Shown here: positions 10,500 to 20,094 of the stretch, piece after piece
Numbering within the stretch: position 1 is the first letter of the stretch
How the letters are laid out: each line of letters begins with the position of its first letter
IMG/VR virus record: IMGVR_UViG_2713896798_000008
From: a virus
Taxonomy: Duplodnaviria > Heunggongvirae > Uroviricota > Caudoviricetes
DNA: 64,000 nt
Strand: one strand, 5' to 3'
Program-made: the position numbers and the translations under genes
Notes under the pieces: generated by a model
What the model was told of the DNA's origin: nothing
The model's input: the letters and a program-made list of their open reading frames with translations, nothing else
Databases searched by the model: none

Positions 10500-13033
10500 C
10501 GCCTGCCTCCGGAAAATACGCCGCCATCACGCATCTGCGCCTGAATCTCATCCTGCGCCCCCTTGCGGGCCATGTCATACACCGCTTTCATCAGCTGCGG
10601 CCCTGCCTGCCCCCTGGTACCGTCGTTCTGAATCACCACGTGATTGTTCTGATTAAAATTAATGCCTTCCGTCCGCCGCATCTGCACCGGACTTCCGGCA
10701 TCGCCGACATAACCACCTTCCGCATAGCCCCGCATCAGGCGGTACAGGTTGCCGACACCAATCCGGCTGGTTGCCTCCTTCGTGAAGACAAACTCCCCGC
10801 GATGAACAATCCCCGCAGGTTCATATTTACCTCCACTCCCGGTAAAACCCCCACCGGCAAATCCCATAGCTCCGGCCACGCTACTGACAACACCCACCAT
10901 GGCCTGCTTCAGAAAAATCTCTGTCAGCATGGAGAGCACCGAACGGGTGAAACCTCGCCAGTCCTGCTCACTGCCGGTCAGCATTGCCGCCATATTCTGT
11001 GCAATACCGTCAAAGGTCTGCGTGGCTGCACTCCTGACCTGCGAAAAACTGTCCGTCGCACTTTCCGCCCACTCGCCCCAGCCGGACTTCAGCCCGGCCA
11101 TCCAGCTTCCACGAAGCTGCTCCTCCGCAGACCAGGTGTTCTTCAGTGCAGATGTGGCCTTCGCCAGCGCATCCGGATTATCACCATACACGTCACGAAG
11201 ACGCTGCGATTCCGACTCCCGCTGTGCCTGACGGTCCGTCAGCCCCCGGGCTTTTGCGCTGATTGCAGCCTGCTTCGCACTCTGCTGCTGTTCAAACCGC
11301 GCAGCCTGATTTGCCAGCTCATTCAGCCGTTTCTGGTGCTCCACCTTGTCGCCCAGCTCAGCCAGCTGGCGTTTGTACTCAAGCGTCTCTTTCTCATGGG
11401 CCAGCAGGGATTTTTCCTGCTCAGATAACTGGCGTTTCGTGGCGGCCTCTTTCAGGACCGCATACTGATTTTCCGCTTTCCATAAATCACGGCGCTGCTG
11501 GCTGATTTTCTCATTCGCACCGCTGTGCTTCTCCAGCGTCCTGAGCTCGGTTTCAAGCGCCAGCAGGGCTGCATGTGCCCGGTCTTCCTGGCGCTCACCG
11601 GCAGACACCTTCACACCGGACGGCTTTTTCTGCGTCGACTCATAATCCTTTTTTGCCGACGCCATCAGCGTGTTGTAATCCGCCTGCAGGATTTTCCCGT
11701 CTTTCAGGGCCTGATTCAGCTCCTTCTGGCGGGCGGTATATTTATCCAGCGGCGACAGCATCCGTTCATACGCCTTCTGTGCCTCTCCGGTATACTTCAG
11801 CTGTGACGCGTCACGCTCAGCCTTATCCCTTGCCGCCAGTTCACCGGCTTTTTCCATATCCGACTGCAGCGTTGCCGCTGCCAGACTCAGACGGGCATTT
11901 TCACGGTCATCCCATGCCCCCTGAAGGTTGGCACGGAAAGAGGAGGTCTTTCCCCGGCGCTGGCTCCGGCTCTGGTACCACTGCCATTTTTTATCCGCCT
12001 CATCGAATGCCTTCTGCGCACTGGCAAGCATATCCGCTGAGGATTCCGGACGACCAATATCCAGAATGGCATCCCACATCGATTTGAACGCCTTCCCTGT
12101 TTTATCCGCCCAGGTTTCCAGCGTCCCCATGTTTTCTTTCAGGCGACGGGTCTGCTCATCAAAGCCTTTCGTGGCGATATCGTTCGCCGCCTGCAATGCC
12201 CCGGCTTCATCTCCGGAACGCTGCAACTGAGCAACATACGCAATCTGCTCCGCCGTCACGTTACGGAACTGGCGTGCCATCGCCATCAGTCCCGACGTCG
12301 GGTCTGTGGTCAGCTTCCCGAAGGCTTCAGCGACCTTGTCCACCTCCACACCGGATGCAGAAGCAAAACGCGCGACACTCTGGTTGATGGCATCAAACTG
12401 TTCACCACCACGCACACCGGCATTCACCAGGGCGGCCAGTGACTCACTCGCCTGGTTAAACGTCAGCCCTGCAGCCTGTCCGGCTCTGGAGAGCGTCAGC
12501 ATGCGATCGGCAGTCAGTCCGGACTGATTGCCGGAAAGGACCAGCGTTTTATTAAATTCTGAAAGCGTGGCGTCTCCCCGGTACCAGGCATACGCCAGCG
12601 CACCTGTCGCCACCGCCAGCGAGGTGACCCCGAACATCGGCAGGCTGATCGCTCCGGCAAGCCCCCTGAACATGGGGATCATCCCGCCGAAGGAGTCCTT
12701 CACCTGACCGCCCTGTTGCAGCAGGATCAGCCAGGGATTCTGACCACCGGCAAGCTGCGTGGCCACGTCGGTGAACTGCATGGGTAGCATACGCATGGCC
12801 GCTTTATACTGCCCGACGGAAATCCCGGCTTTTTGCGCAGCCAGCGCCTGACGGCTCAGGCCCTGTTCAACGGCAGTGGCCTGTTTATTAAAAGACTGGC
12901 TGACACGCCCGGCCATCAAATCCGCAAGGTCACTGGTTTCCCCCAGTTCTTTCTTTACCCGTGCAGCCTCTTCAGAAAAACGGGTTGAATCCAGTGTAAG
13001 AACAGCTGTCAGATCGGCAAAATTACCCGCCAT
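10496..13033 (-). CDS. H: tail tape measure protein H
   Basis: 845 aa, lambda gpH-like throughout; ATG at 13033 preceded by aggagg; track start at 13051 is TTG. Confidence 0.85.
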   Translation of the reverse strand: MAGNFADLTAVLTLDSTRFSEEAARVKKELGETSDLADLMAGRVSQSFNKQATAVEQGLSRQALAAQKAGISVGQYKAAMRMLPMQFTDVATQLAGGQNPWLILLQQGGQVKDSFGGMIPMFRGLAGAISLPMFGVTSLAVATGALAYAWYRGDATLSEFNKTLVLSGNQSGLTADRMLTLSRAGQAAGLTFNQASESLAALVNAGVRGGEQFDAINQSVARFASASGVEVDKVAEAFGKLTTDPTSGLMAMARQFRNVTAEQIAYVAQLQRSGDEAGALQAANDIATKGFDEQTRRLKENMGTLETWADKTGKAFKSMWDAILDIGRPESSADMLASAQKAFDEADKKWQWYQSRSQRRGKTSSFRANLQGAWDDRENARLSLAAATLQSDMEKAGELAARDKAERDASQLKYTGEAQKAYERMLSPLDKYTARQKELNQALKDGKILQADYNTLMASAKKDYESTQKKPSGVKVSAGERQEDRAHAALLALETELRTLEKHSGANEKISQQRRDLWKAENQYAVLKEAATKRQLSEQEKSLLAHEKETLEYKRQLAELGDKVEHQKRLNELANQAARFEQQQSAKQAAISAKARGLTDRQAQRESESQRLRDVYGDNPDALAKATSALKNTWSAEEQLRGSWMAGLKSGWGEWAESATDSFSQVRSAATQTFDGIAQNMAAMLTGSEQDWRGFTRSVLSMLTEIFLKQAMVGVVSSVAGAMGFAGGGFTGSGGKYEPAGIVHRGEFVFTKEATSRIGVGNLYRLMRGYAEGGYVGDAGSPVQMRRTEGINFNQNNHVVIQNDGTRGQAGPQLMKAVYDMARKGAQDEIQAQMRDGGVFSGGRR

Positions 13034-13478
13034 AGCGTACACCTCCTGCAATTCCCTCAGACACCATCATCAGCATGGCTTCATCCTCTGTACTGATCCG
13101 CATGTCATCACTGACCGTAACGATTTCCTTCCCGTCAGCCCCAAAGCGGACACCACCAGAAAGACCTGCCGCTTTCCGCATCAGCATATCGTCCTCATCC
13201 GGCATCTCCGTCTGCTCATCATCACGTCGTGGTGCAAGCAGACTGAAGTCCGAGGGATGCATATCCGGATCGCAAAAAAACAGGCTGAGTACGGCGTACG
13301 TCAGCCCGGAAAAATGCATATCCAGTTGGGTATCGTGAAAATAATGCGTGCGGTAAAAATGTCGCCAGTCGGCATATTCGGTGGATGTCATCCCGGCAAG
13401 CATGGCGCGCCAGTCAGGCCTCCCCATCTCACGCGCCAGTCTGAGGGCAAAATTCAGCTCGCCGTCGAAGGCTTTCCC
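13023..13478 (-). CDS. T: T portion of tail assembly chaperone G-T, reached by -1 frameshift from G
   Basis: ORF in -1 frame relative to G; slippery heptamer GGGAAAG at 13472..13478 (minus strand) as in lambda G/T. Confidence 0.6.
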   Translation of the reverse strand, partial: GKAFDGELNFALRLAREMGRPDWRAMLAGMTSTEYADWRHFYRTHYFHDTQLDMHFSGLTYAVLSLFFCDPDMHPSDFSLLAPRRDDEQTEMPDEDDMLMRKAAGLSGGVRFGADGKEIVTVSDDMRISTEDEAMLMMVSEGIAGGVRYGG

Positions 13479-13885
13479 GCAGAAAAATCATCATCAGTCA
13501 GCGCGTTATTTTTCTCCACTTCGGTGATATCCGTATCCACATAAACAGGCCCGCTCATCCCGGACAGACGCAACACCACGTCTTCCGCCCGGGCAATGGC
13601 ATCAGCAGGCCAGGTGGTCAGGACTTCCTGCTCAATCTGCATCACGGCCTCATTCATTGACGGTGACTGCGTTTTCTGTGGATGGTTATGCCACAGGGAC
13701 ATCGCCACCAGAAACGCGCCGGTTCTGACGAGATCTTCCACGCTTACCTGCAGGTTGCCGCTGGATTCTGCCTGTTCTGCCCGCCGTTTCAGGAGGGCAA
13801 GATGCTCAATACGCTGCAGCGCGGACAGCTCAGAAAGCGTGACGGACACACCGTTATATTCAAATTGTTCTGTTTTCAGAAACAT
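13454..13885 (-). CDS. G: tail assembly chaperone G
   Basis: MFLKTEQFEYNGVSVTLSELSALQRIEHLAL matches lambda gpG. Confidence 0.85.
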   Translation of the reverse strand: MFLKTEQFEYNGVSVTLSELSALQRIEHLALLKRRAEQAESSGNLQVSVEDLVRTGAFLVAMSLWHNHPQKTQSPSMNEAVMQIEQEVLTTWPADAIARAEDVVLRLSGMSGPVYVDTDITEVEKNNALTDDDFSAGKPSTAS

Positions 13886-13904
13886 GCTTTATCATTCCCT
13901 CAGC

Positions 13905-14654
13905 TTAACCCGCTGCACCATCCGTGACGTTAATTTCCGCCACTGCCGCAAACTGACCATTTCCGGTCACCACAGGGATCTGCGCTTTACCGGCCGCAAC
14001 ACCTTTCACCGTGATCGTATTCCCCTTCACGGTAATGGTCGCAAAATTCTGATTCGCCGACGTGGCGCGGAAGGTTTTATCTGTCGCCCCTTCCGGCTGA
14101 ACAGCCACGGTCAGGGTGATATTCTGACCTTTTGCCACATTGCCCGTTGGTGGCGTAACGGTAATACCGGTAACCGGTGTGATATCCCCCTGATCTTCCG
14201 CCAGCGACGGACGGCCGATATTGGTGATCTTCACGGTACGGGTGATCACCTCTCTGGCGGTCACCGCTTTACCAATGGCACTCACCCAGCCACGGAACAC
14301 ATCCACCGTGCCGTTCGGGAAACGGATTTTGTAGGCCCGGGTCTCACTGCTGTCAAACCAGGCGATCAAATCACGCTGTCCTTGCTCACCCGGTTTCCAG
14401 GCCAGCGTAAAACTGGTGTCACCGGCAGATTTCTGCCCCTGCCCGGTGGATACCCAGTCAGCATCCTCATCATCCAGATAGTTATCATCGTAGGATTCTG
14501 CCGTCATCTCGCCAGGGGTCAGATCTTTTATCTTTGCCAGGCGCGTCCACTCATCGTCTGACAACGGGTTTGCATAAGCATCACCAGTGCCGGTGTACAC
14601 CCATAGTGTGGTGCCGGAACCTTTCACCGGCTCAAGAGGATTTGGTATTGCCAT
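13905..14654 (-). CDS. V: major tail protein V with C-terminal Ig-like domain
   Basis: Collinear with lambda gpV ([32 protein letters not shown]). Confidence 0.9.
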   Translation of the reverse strand: MAIPNPLEPVKGSGTTLWVYTGTGDAYANPLSDDEWTRLAKIKDLTPGEMTAESYDDNYLDDEDADWVSTGQGQKSAGDTSFTLAWKPGEQGQRDLIAWFDSSETRAYKIRFPNGTVDVFRGWVSAIGKAVTAREVITRTVKITNIGRPSLAEDQGDITPVTGITVTPPTGNVAKGQNITLTVAVQPEGATDKTFRATSANQNFATITVKGNTITVKGVAAGKAQIPVVTGNGQFAAVAEINVTDGAAG

Positions 14655-14661
14655 ATCGTCC

Positions 14662-15060
14662 TCACATCTCGTAGGTAATTTTCCACAGGAGATCTGCCGA
14701 TCCCCACATCATAAACTCATCATCCCGGCGGTAGTCATACCCCTGAAGATTCATCTTCAGCAGTAACACACTGAGGCCGGGAACCGCTTCCAGCGCAGGA
14801 AGAATTTTCTCTTCCATCCACATATCCAGTGCCGAGTCCGGTTCTTTTGCCCTGAGAAAAACTTCAATATGTAGTGTCGCCTCCCAGGTCCCCTCATCAA
14901 CGAACTCGTCAGCCGCAGACGCATCTGTCAGGTAAACAGCAACAGCAGGCAGTTCCTGTTCATCAATAAAAACCGGGCGGCCGTCAAACCAGTTCACCCG
15001 CTCAGAAATATTTGCTTTCAGGGCTGACAGAACTGCCGCCCGTATTTCACGGTGTTTCAT
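14662..15060 (-). CDS. U: tail terminator protein U
   Basis: [11 protein letters not shown]..., ends ITYEM like lambda gpU. Confidence 0.85.
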   Translation of the reverse strand: MKHREIRAAVLSALKANISERVNWFDGRPVFIDEQELPAVAVYLTDASAADEFVDEGTWEATLHIEVFLRAKEPDSALDMWMEEKILPALEAVPGLSVLLLKMNLQGYDYRRDDEFMMWGSADLLWKITYEM

Positions 15061-15072
15061 ACACCCTCCCTG

Positions 15073-15696
15073 TCATTTTCTTTTCAGCACCAGGCGTAAC
15101 TGATGCGTCATGGCTTTCATCATCTGCTCCGGTAATTTTTCCCGGTACATCCTGTCACGCTCACGCTCAAAGGTTTCTGCCAGCGGTTTTGCCGTCGCTA
15201 TTTTCACCACTTCAATTGGCAGGCGGTGACGTTTTGGCCTCCCTTTGCTGTCAATACCGGTAGACAATGAAGCCTGTGGCATACGCTGCATCACATGCCA
15301 CCGGCCATTTGCCAGTCGGGTGATAAACGCATCAGGGATGCGCCGTTTACCCACAATCAGCACACTGCCACCGCCTTTCAGAAATGCGCGCTCACCTTTC
15401 TTTCTCCGCTTGCTTCGGGAAAGCCGCACGCGGGCCTCCCCGAGTTTTATTGCAGGCAGATTACCGGTATTGATGTAAACCTTTGCGTTGACCTTGTCAG
15501 CCCGTGCCCGACTTAAACGGATACGGGCACGGATGAGACGGCGTGGAACCGCCAGTTCACGGGCAACAGAAGAAGCCGTTTTCGCGATGATGGACTCCGC
15601 CACACGGTTAAGCGTGGTGGCTGCCGCACGGGGAACGGCACGGCGATCCAGCGCATCAAGATTTCGCATAGCCTGAGCCATTCCCTTTATCGCCAT
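15073..15696 (-). CDS. Z: tail completion protein Z
   Basis: MAIKGMAQAMRNL..., GRWHVMQR, basic stretch RRKKG as in lambda gpZ. Confidence 0.8.
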   Translation of the reverse strand: MAIKGMAQAMRNLDALDRRAVPRAAATTLNRVAESIIAKTASSVARELAVPRRLIRARIRLSRARADKVNAKVYINTGNLPAIKLGEARVRLSRSKRRKKGERAFLKGGGSVLIVGKRRIPDAFITRLANGRWHVMQRMPQASLSTGIDSKGRPKRHRLPIEVVKIATAKPLAETFERERDRMYREKLPEQMMKAMTHQLRLVLKRK

Positions 15697-15698
15697 AC

Positions 15699-15980
15699 TT
15701 ACTCCTGCTCGAGAAAAATTCTGGTTTTGCCGTTATGAGTGTCATAACGGGTCACCACCAGTAAGCGACCGTCAAACACAACTTCATCATGGCGTGCCGG
15801 AACGTACTGCTGTGAAAAAACAACCAGAGATAGCAGGCTGCCGGAAAGCGCCCCCATATCGGCAGGCGCTTCATCCGGTATCACGTCATACTTGATCCCG
15901 TTAATTTCCGCCTGTTTGCCCATCACGTGAACAGTCACAGAATCCATCCGACGGCACATACGGCCAAACAGATCAGACAT
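15699..15980 (-). CDS. putative head-tail joining protein (FII position)
   Basis: Position between head module and Z; no strong similarity to lambda FII. Confidence 0.45.
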   Translation of the reverse strand: MSDLFGRMCRRMDSVTVHVMGKQAEINGIKYDVIPDEAPADMGALSGSLLSLVVFSQQYVPARHDEVVFDGRLLVVTRYDTHNGKTRIFLEQE

Positions 15981-16299
15981 TGATTTTTACCGCCACAGTG
16001 GTGCTGTTTACAGGGGCATTTTCCCAGGCTACCCCCGCTGCCACCGCACCGTCTGCAGCCAGCTGCACAACCCCGTCCTTCAGATAAACCACCGCGCCGG
16101 ACTGAATATCGTCAGCAGACTGTTTGGGCAGCAGGAACACGCCTTCGGCAAAACCGTCACCGACATCACCGGCAGGAATATCGGTAATGGCCACTGCAAC
16201 CATACTGCCCACCACCACCGCAGCACCGCTCAGGATGGTCTGATCTCCGGCATTCACCAGTTCAATGGTGGTACCGTCCTGTACAAAATTTTTAGCCAT
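15973..16299 (-). CDS. hypothetical head-associated protein (Ala/Val/Gly-rich, DUF2190-like)
   Basis: ORF track; position directly downstream of capsid gene. Confidence 0.4.
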   Translation of the reverse strand: MAKNFVQDGTTIELVNAGDQTILSGAAVVVGSMVAVAITDIPAGDVGDGFAEGVFLLPKQSADDIQSGAVVYLKDGVVQLAADGAVAAGVAWENAPVNSTTVAVKINV

Positions 16300-16386
16300 A
16301 ATGCTGTTTCTCCGGACAGCCCCTGTGGGGCTGTTTTTCAGGCATAAAAAAAGCCCTTTCGGGCAGTGATTGTGATAACGCGGTTA

Positions 16387-18366
16387 TCAGGCCACCGACG
16401 AACGCACCAGTCCACGCCAGTCTAGCGGTGCCACACCGGCATCAATGCGGATTTTTGTGGCAATGCCGTCAGTGGTGAAACCTTCCTGCTGATCAATGTA
16501 TGGCGTGTCCACCCCATCCAGCCAGGCCACTTCAATGGTGTCGGTGCCCTGTGCCGCCGCCAGATACCAGGTTTTCGGATCTGCCGCATCAAGACGCGCT
16601 TCTGCAATCACCTCAGCAAAGTTCTGGATGGGGTTAATGACACCGGCGTTTGCATCAGCCCCTTTCACACTGGCCGATTTGATGGTCTGGTTCGCCACCG
16701 TCTCCAGTGCCACAGGGACCAGCATGAAGGCCGGGCGGATATTCAGGGCACGATCGCCTTCTTTCTGCAGGCGCATCATCTGACGGGCCGCATCCAGTCC
16801 GGAAACGGAGATCCCCCCGGTGGCAATATTTTTGTGATCGGCATGGAACAGCGCCTTACCGTCTGACAGTTTCGGGTTATCCGTCAGCACCTTGTAAACC
16901 AGGTCACCAATCGTTGCCTTCGCCGCACGCCCCATCTTCATCGGCACGTCAACCAGCATATTCAGATCATCATTGATAATGGCCTGGCGGGTGATGGAGA
17001 AAATCTCCCCGTAGGTGGCCAGTGCAATGGTCTCCTTGCGATCTGAGGTGGTGATGTATTTATACTCCGCTCCCTCACGCACCTGACGCAGCGAACCAAA
17101 ACCGCCCATGCCCACGCGATATGCAGTTTTGAAGTCTGACAGGCGTCCCTTACGGGTCCACTTCTGGAAGGTTTCTTCTGATTCCTCCCAGCCCTGGATC
17201 AGCCCCTTGTTCGACACATCCAGCAGGATATTGCCAAAATCAGAGGTGCTGTGCGTCAGCGCCAGCCCGACCATCTGCATGGGGTTATAACTGGCCATCC
17301 CAATACCGCGCTCCGTCAGTGACATGCGAGCCCATTCACGCAGGGTCATCCCGTTATAGACGTTATCCTTCTCGATATTTTCAAATCCGGCACGGGCCAG
17401 CATCGCCTGGCGGATCCCGTCTCCCACAAAATTGCCGTTTCCGGCATAAATATGGGCCGGTGTGTTTTTGTTGGTCGGCGAGGACTCCTTGCCCATTTCA
17501 TTCAGAAGGCGCTCGCGGGCCATTTCCAGCGAACAGTCAGGATCGGCCACACACTGCGCCTGAAGCGCCTGATAGCGCCCGCCAAACATGGCAAACAGAT
17601 CGTTAATGCCTGACATGCGGGCTTTCTGCTCAGCCATAACGCGGGCGCGAATGGTCGCCTCATCAGACACTGCCGGTACCGGTGATGGTTCTGTTACCGC
17701 CGGTGCAGGGATTGTCACTGTGGTATCACGCGGGGCACTGTTGCGTGGCGGAGTAATCATGTTTCGGATGGATTCCGGCATCTTTTTAAATTCCTCTGTA
17801 CGTTTTGACTGAATACATGCCATTGCCTTAACAGCGGGTGTCACCTGGTCAGCAAATCCGTGTGCCAGACATTCAGCACCGGACATCCAGGTTTCATCCG
17901 CCAGCATGGCGGCAATTTCATCGGTGGTTTTTCCGGTTTTCTGCGCATAGGCTGGCAACAGTACCGATTCGACTTTATCCAGCAAATCGGCATAACTGCG
18001 CATATCCTCAGCATCCCCGCCACTGAATCCCCATGGCTTATGGATCATCATGAAGGCATTTTCCGGCATAATGACCGTATCACCGGCCATCGCAATCACG
18101 GATGCCATCGAGGCGGCAACGCCATCCACATACACGGTAATGGTCGCCCCCTGATTTTTCAGGGCATTAAAAATGGCGATGCCTTCAAAGACATCGCCAC
18201 CCGGTGAATTGATATGGAGATTAATGTGGGTGATATCACCAAGTGCATTCAGTTCGCTGACAAACTGCTTCGCGGTAACGCCCCAGAAACCAATCTCATC
18301 ATAAATATAAATATCTGCGTCACCCGGCCCCCCAGCCTGCATCCTGAACCAGGATTTATTCTTCAT
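16387..18366 (-). CDS. prohead protease (ClpP-like) fused to major capsid protein
   Basis: N-terminal ClpP-like motifs (INSPGGDVFEGIAIFNAL, MIHKPWG) and a long C-terminal capsid-like region in one frame; start placed at ATG 18366 after the portal stop, track ORF extends to 18558. Confidence 0.7.
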   Translation of the reverse strand: MKNKSWFRMQAGGPGDADIYIYDEIGFWGVTAKQFVSELNALGDITHINLHINSPGGDVFEGIAIFNALKNQGATITVYVDGVAASMASVIAMAGDTVIMPENAFMMIHKPWGFSGGDAEDMRSYADLLDKVESVLLPAYAQKTGKTTDEIAAMLADETWMSGAECLAHGFADQVTPAVKAMACIQSKRTEEFKKMPESIRNMITPPRNSAPRDTTVTIPAPAVTEPSPVPAVSDEATIRARVMAEQKARMSGINDLFAMFGGRYQALQAQCVADPDCSLEMARERLLNEMGKESSPTNKNTPAHIYAGNGNFVGDGIRQAMLARAGFENIEKDNVYNGMTLREWARMSLTERGIGMASYNPMQMVGLALTHSTSDFGNILLDVSNKGLIQGWEESEETFQKWTRKGRLSDFKTAYRVGMGGFGSLRQVREGAEYKYITTSDRKETIALATYGEIFSITRQAIINDDLNMLVDVPMKMGRAAKATIGDLVYKVLTDNPKLSDGKALFHADHKNIATGGISVSGLDAARQMMRLQKEGDRALNIRPAFMLVPVALETVANQTIKSASVKGADANAGVINPIQNFAEVIAEARLDAADPKTWYLAAAQGTDTIEVAWLDGVDTPYIDQQEGFTTDGIATKIRIDAGVAPLDWRGLVRSSVA

Positions 18367-19858
18367 GCTGGCTTTCGGTGTCGCGCTGATGCTGTCGTTC
18401 AGTTCCGGCACTGTTTCCTCCTTTATCGTTGACGGGGTCAGTATCAAAGACCAGCCCCAGTCTGCTGTTTTCATCAATTTCAGCCTTGCGGCGACGTTTG
18501 ACCTCATCCGGATTGCGCCCTCCGGCCCGAACCCAGTCGGATTCTGTCGCTGCACCACCCCGGATCTGAATTCTCCAGGCTTCAGCTTCCTTAACCGGAT
18601 CGATCCACGGCATCACCGGACCGGAATACGTCGCGTTATATAGCGTTTTCATCTCCACATCTGCCGGAATTTTCAGCAGACCTGCCGCAACCACCATATT
18701 CAGCCATGTCCGGTACACAGGGCGGGTTACCGCGCCAATAAAACAGTCCTGCAGGATCAGATACCCGTCGGTGGACTCGACCAGCTCCTGCCGCTGGGCA
18801 CTGTAGGTACCGTTATAGTTACGCGCCGCACTGGAAAAACTCAGACGACTGCCTGCAGCTACTGCACGCAGCTGACCGTTACGAAAGGTTTCAAGATTGG
18901 GGTTAGGACGGTCAGATTTGACCATGCCGATATCCTCGCCCTTGCGCAAATCGTCATAAATAATACCCGGGGTGATATGGACTTCCCGCTCGGTCTCTTT
19001 GATCCCAGGATCTTCATAGTCCTGCCCGTCCCCTTTACGGATATACAGTCCCAGCGCCGCAGCAATACGCGCTGCCGTCAGTTCCGCATCCTCATACTCC
19101 TTAAGGGCACTGATCCGCATCAGCACCCCCGATAACATGGATGAGCCTCGCGTCTGATGCAGACGACGAGTGAACTTCAGGTGGATCATTTTTCCGGCAA
19201 CGATTTCTTTCGTATCACTCTGCCGGCCGCTGACCGGATAATTTTTATAAACCAGATATTTTTTCGGTCTTCCCCACTCATCAAGAAAAACCCCCTGATT
19301 CAGCCCGGCGGATTCATCACTGCGCATGGGAACAAAATCCGGCTCCATCGCTTCAAGCCAGAATGGCACTCCCGCCGTCCGTTCCAGACCATTTCCCGCC
19401 CCACTGACCATCTGCGCAAACACTTCACCATCCCGCAGCCAGGTCCGCAGCAGTAAACGCTCAAGCACGGGACGGGTATACTGCCCTGTCACATCCGGAC
19501 TGACCGACCATTCAGCCCACAACCGGCGGATATCCGCAGCCAGCTCTGCCGCCATTTCCCCGTTTTTTCGTAATGGCTGAGGCTCCACAATAATTCCCCT
19601 GGCACCAATCACCCGCTCTTCAAGCTTGTCAAACACACCAATCACCAGGTCATGATTGATATCCAGAAAACGGGCCTGCTCCCGCAGGGAAACCGCACCG
19701 TATTTACTGAGCTGATCAGCAGAGCGATTTTCCCGCCGGGCTTTATGTGTCCGGGTCGTTTTCACCGCCTCATAGGCCATGATTAATGCCCTTGAACGCA
19801 GTCTGGCTGCTTTCCATCCGGGGGAAAACACGCCTATCACATCATCGATAATTGCCAT
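18356..19858 (-). CDS. portal protein
   Basis: 500 aa between W-like gene and capsid gene; lambda-family portal features; start overlaps W stop (TAATG). Confidence 0.8.
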   Translation of the reverse strand: MAIIDDVIGVFSPGWKAARLRSRALIMAYEAVKTTRTHKARRENRSADQLSKYGAVSLREQARFLDINHDLVIGVFDKLEERVIGARGIIVEPQPLRKNGEMAAELAADIRRLWAEWSVSPDVTGQYTRPVLERLLLRTWLRDGEVFAQMVSGAGNGLERTAGVPFWLEAMEPDFVPMRSDESAGLNQGVFLDEWGRPKKYLVYKNYPVSGRQSDTKEIVAGKMIHLKFTRRLHQTRGSSMLSGVLMRISALKEYEDAELTAARIAAALGLYIRKGDGQDYEDPGIKETEREVHITPGIIYDDLRKGEDIGMVKSDRPNPNLETFRNGQLRAVAAGSRLSFSSAARNYNGTYSAQRQELVESTDGYLILQDCFIGAVTRPVYRTWLNMVVAAGLLKIPADVEMKTLYNATYSGPVMPWIDPVKEAEAWRIQIRGGAATESDWVRAGGRNPDEVKRRRKAEIDENSRLGLVFDTDPVNDKGGNSAGTERQHQRDTESQHEE

Positions 19859-20094
19859 TAAAACCTCGCCAGTTTAAATCCCGGTTTTCCCCGTCTGCGG
19901 TTCTCCATCGCGGCAAGCCTGCGTTCCCACTCCTGACGTCCGGCGCGGATCTGAGAAAGGCTTTCCAGCGTCAGTTGCTGCCCGTTGAAGGTGACAGACT
20001 TCCCCTCCAGTACCGCCCTTTCCGCTTCACGGTACCGCTGTATCATTTCTCTGACTTCTTCAGTGCTCACAACCAGCCTCCTGATGTTGTCCAT
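19858..20094 (-). CDS. W: head-tail joining protein W-like
   Basis: Small protein between terminase and portal; C-terminal RRRGKPGF resembles lambda gpW RRRGPAGF; start ambiguous (20094 or 20046). Confidence 0.55.
   Translation of the reverse strand: MDNIRRLVVSTEEVREMIQRYREAERAVLEGKSVTFNGQQLTLESLSQIRAGRQEWERRLAAMENRRRGKPGFKLARF

Noticed and set aside
10226-11428. 400-aa plus-strand ORF
   Set aside because: Antisense to the tape measure gene H; Pro/Arg/Ser-rich translation typical of out-of-frame reading
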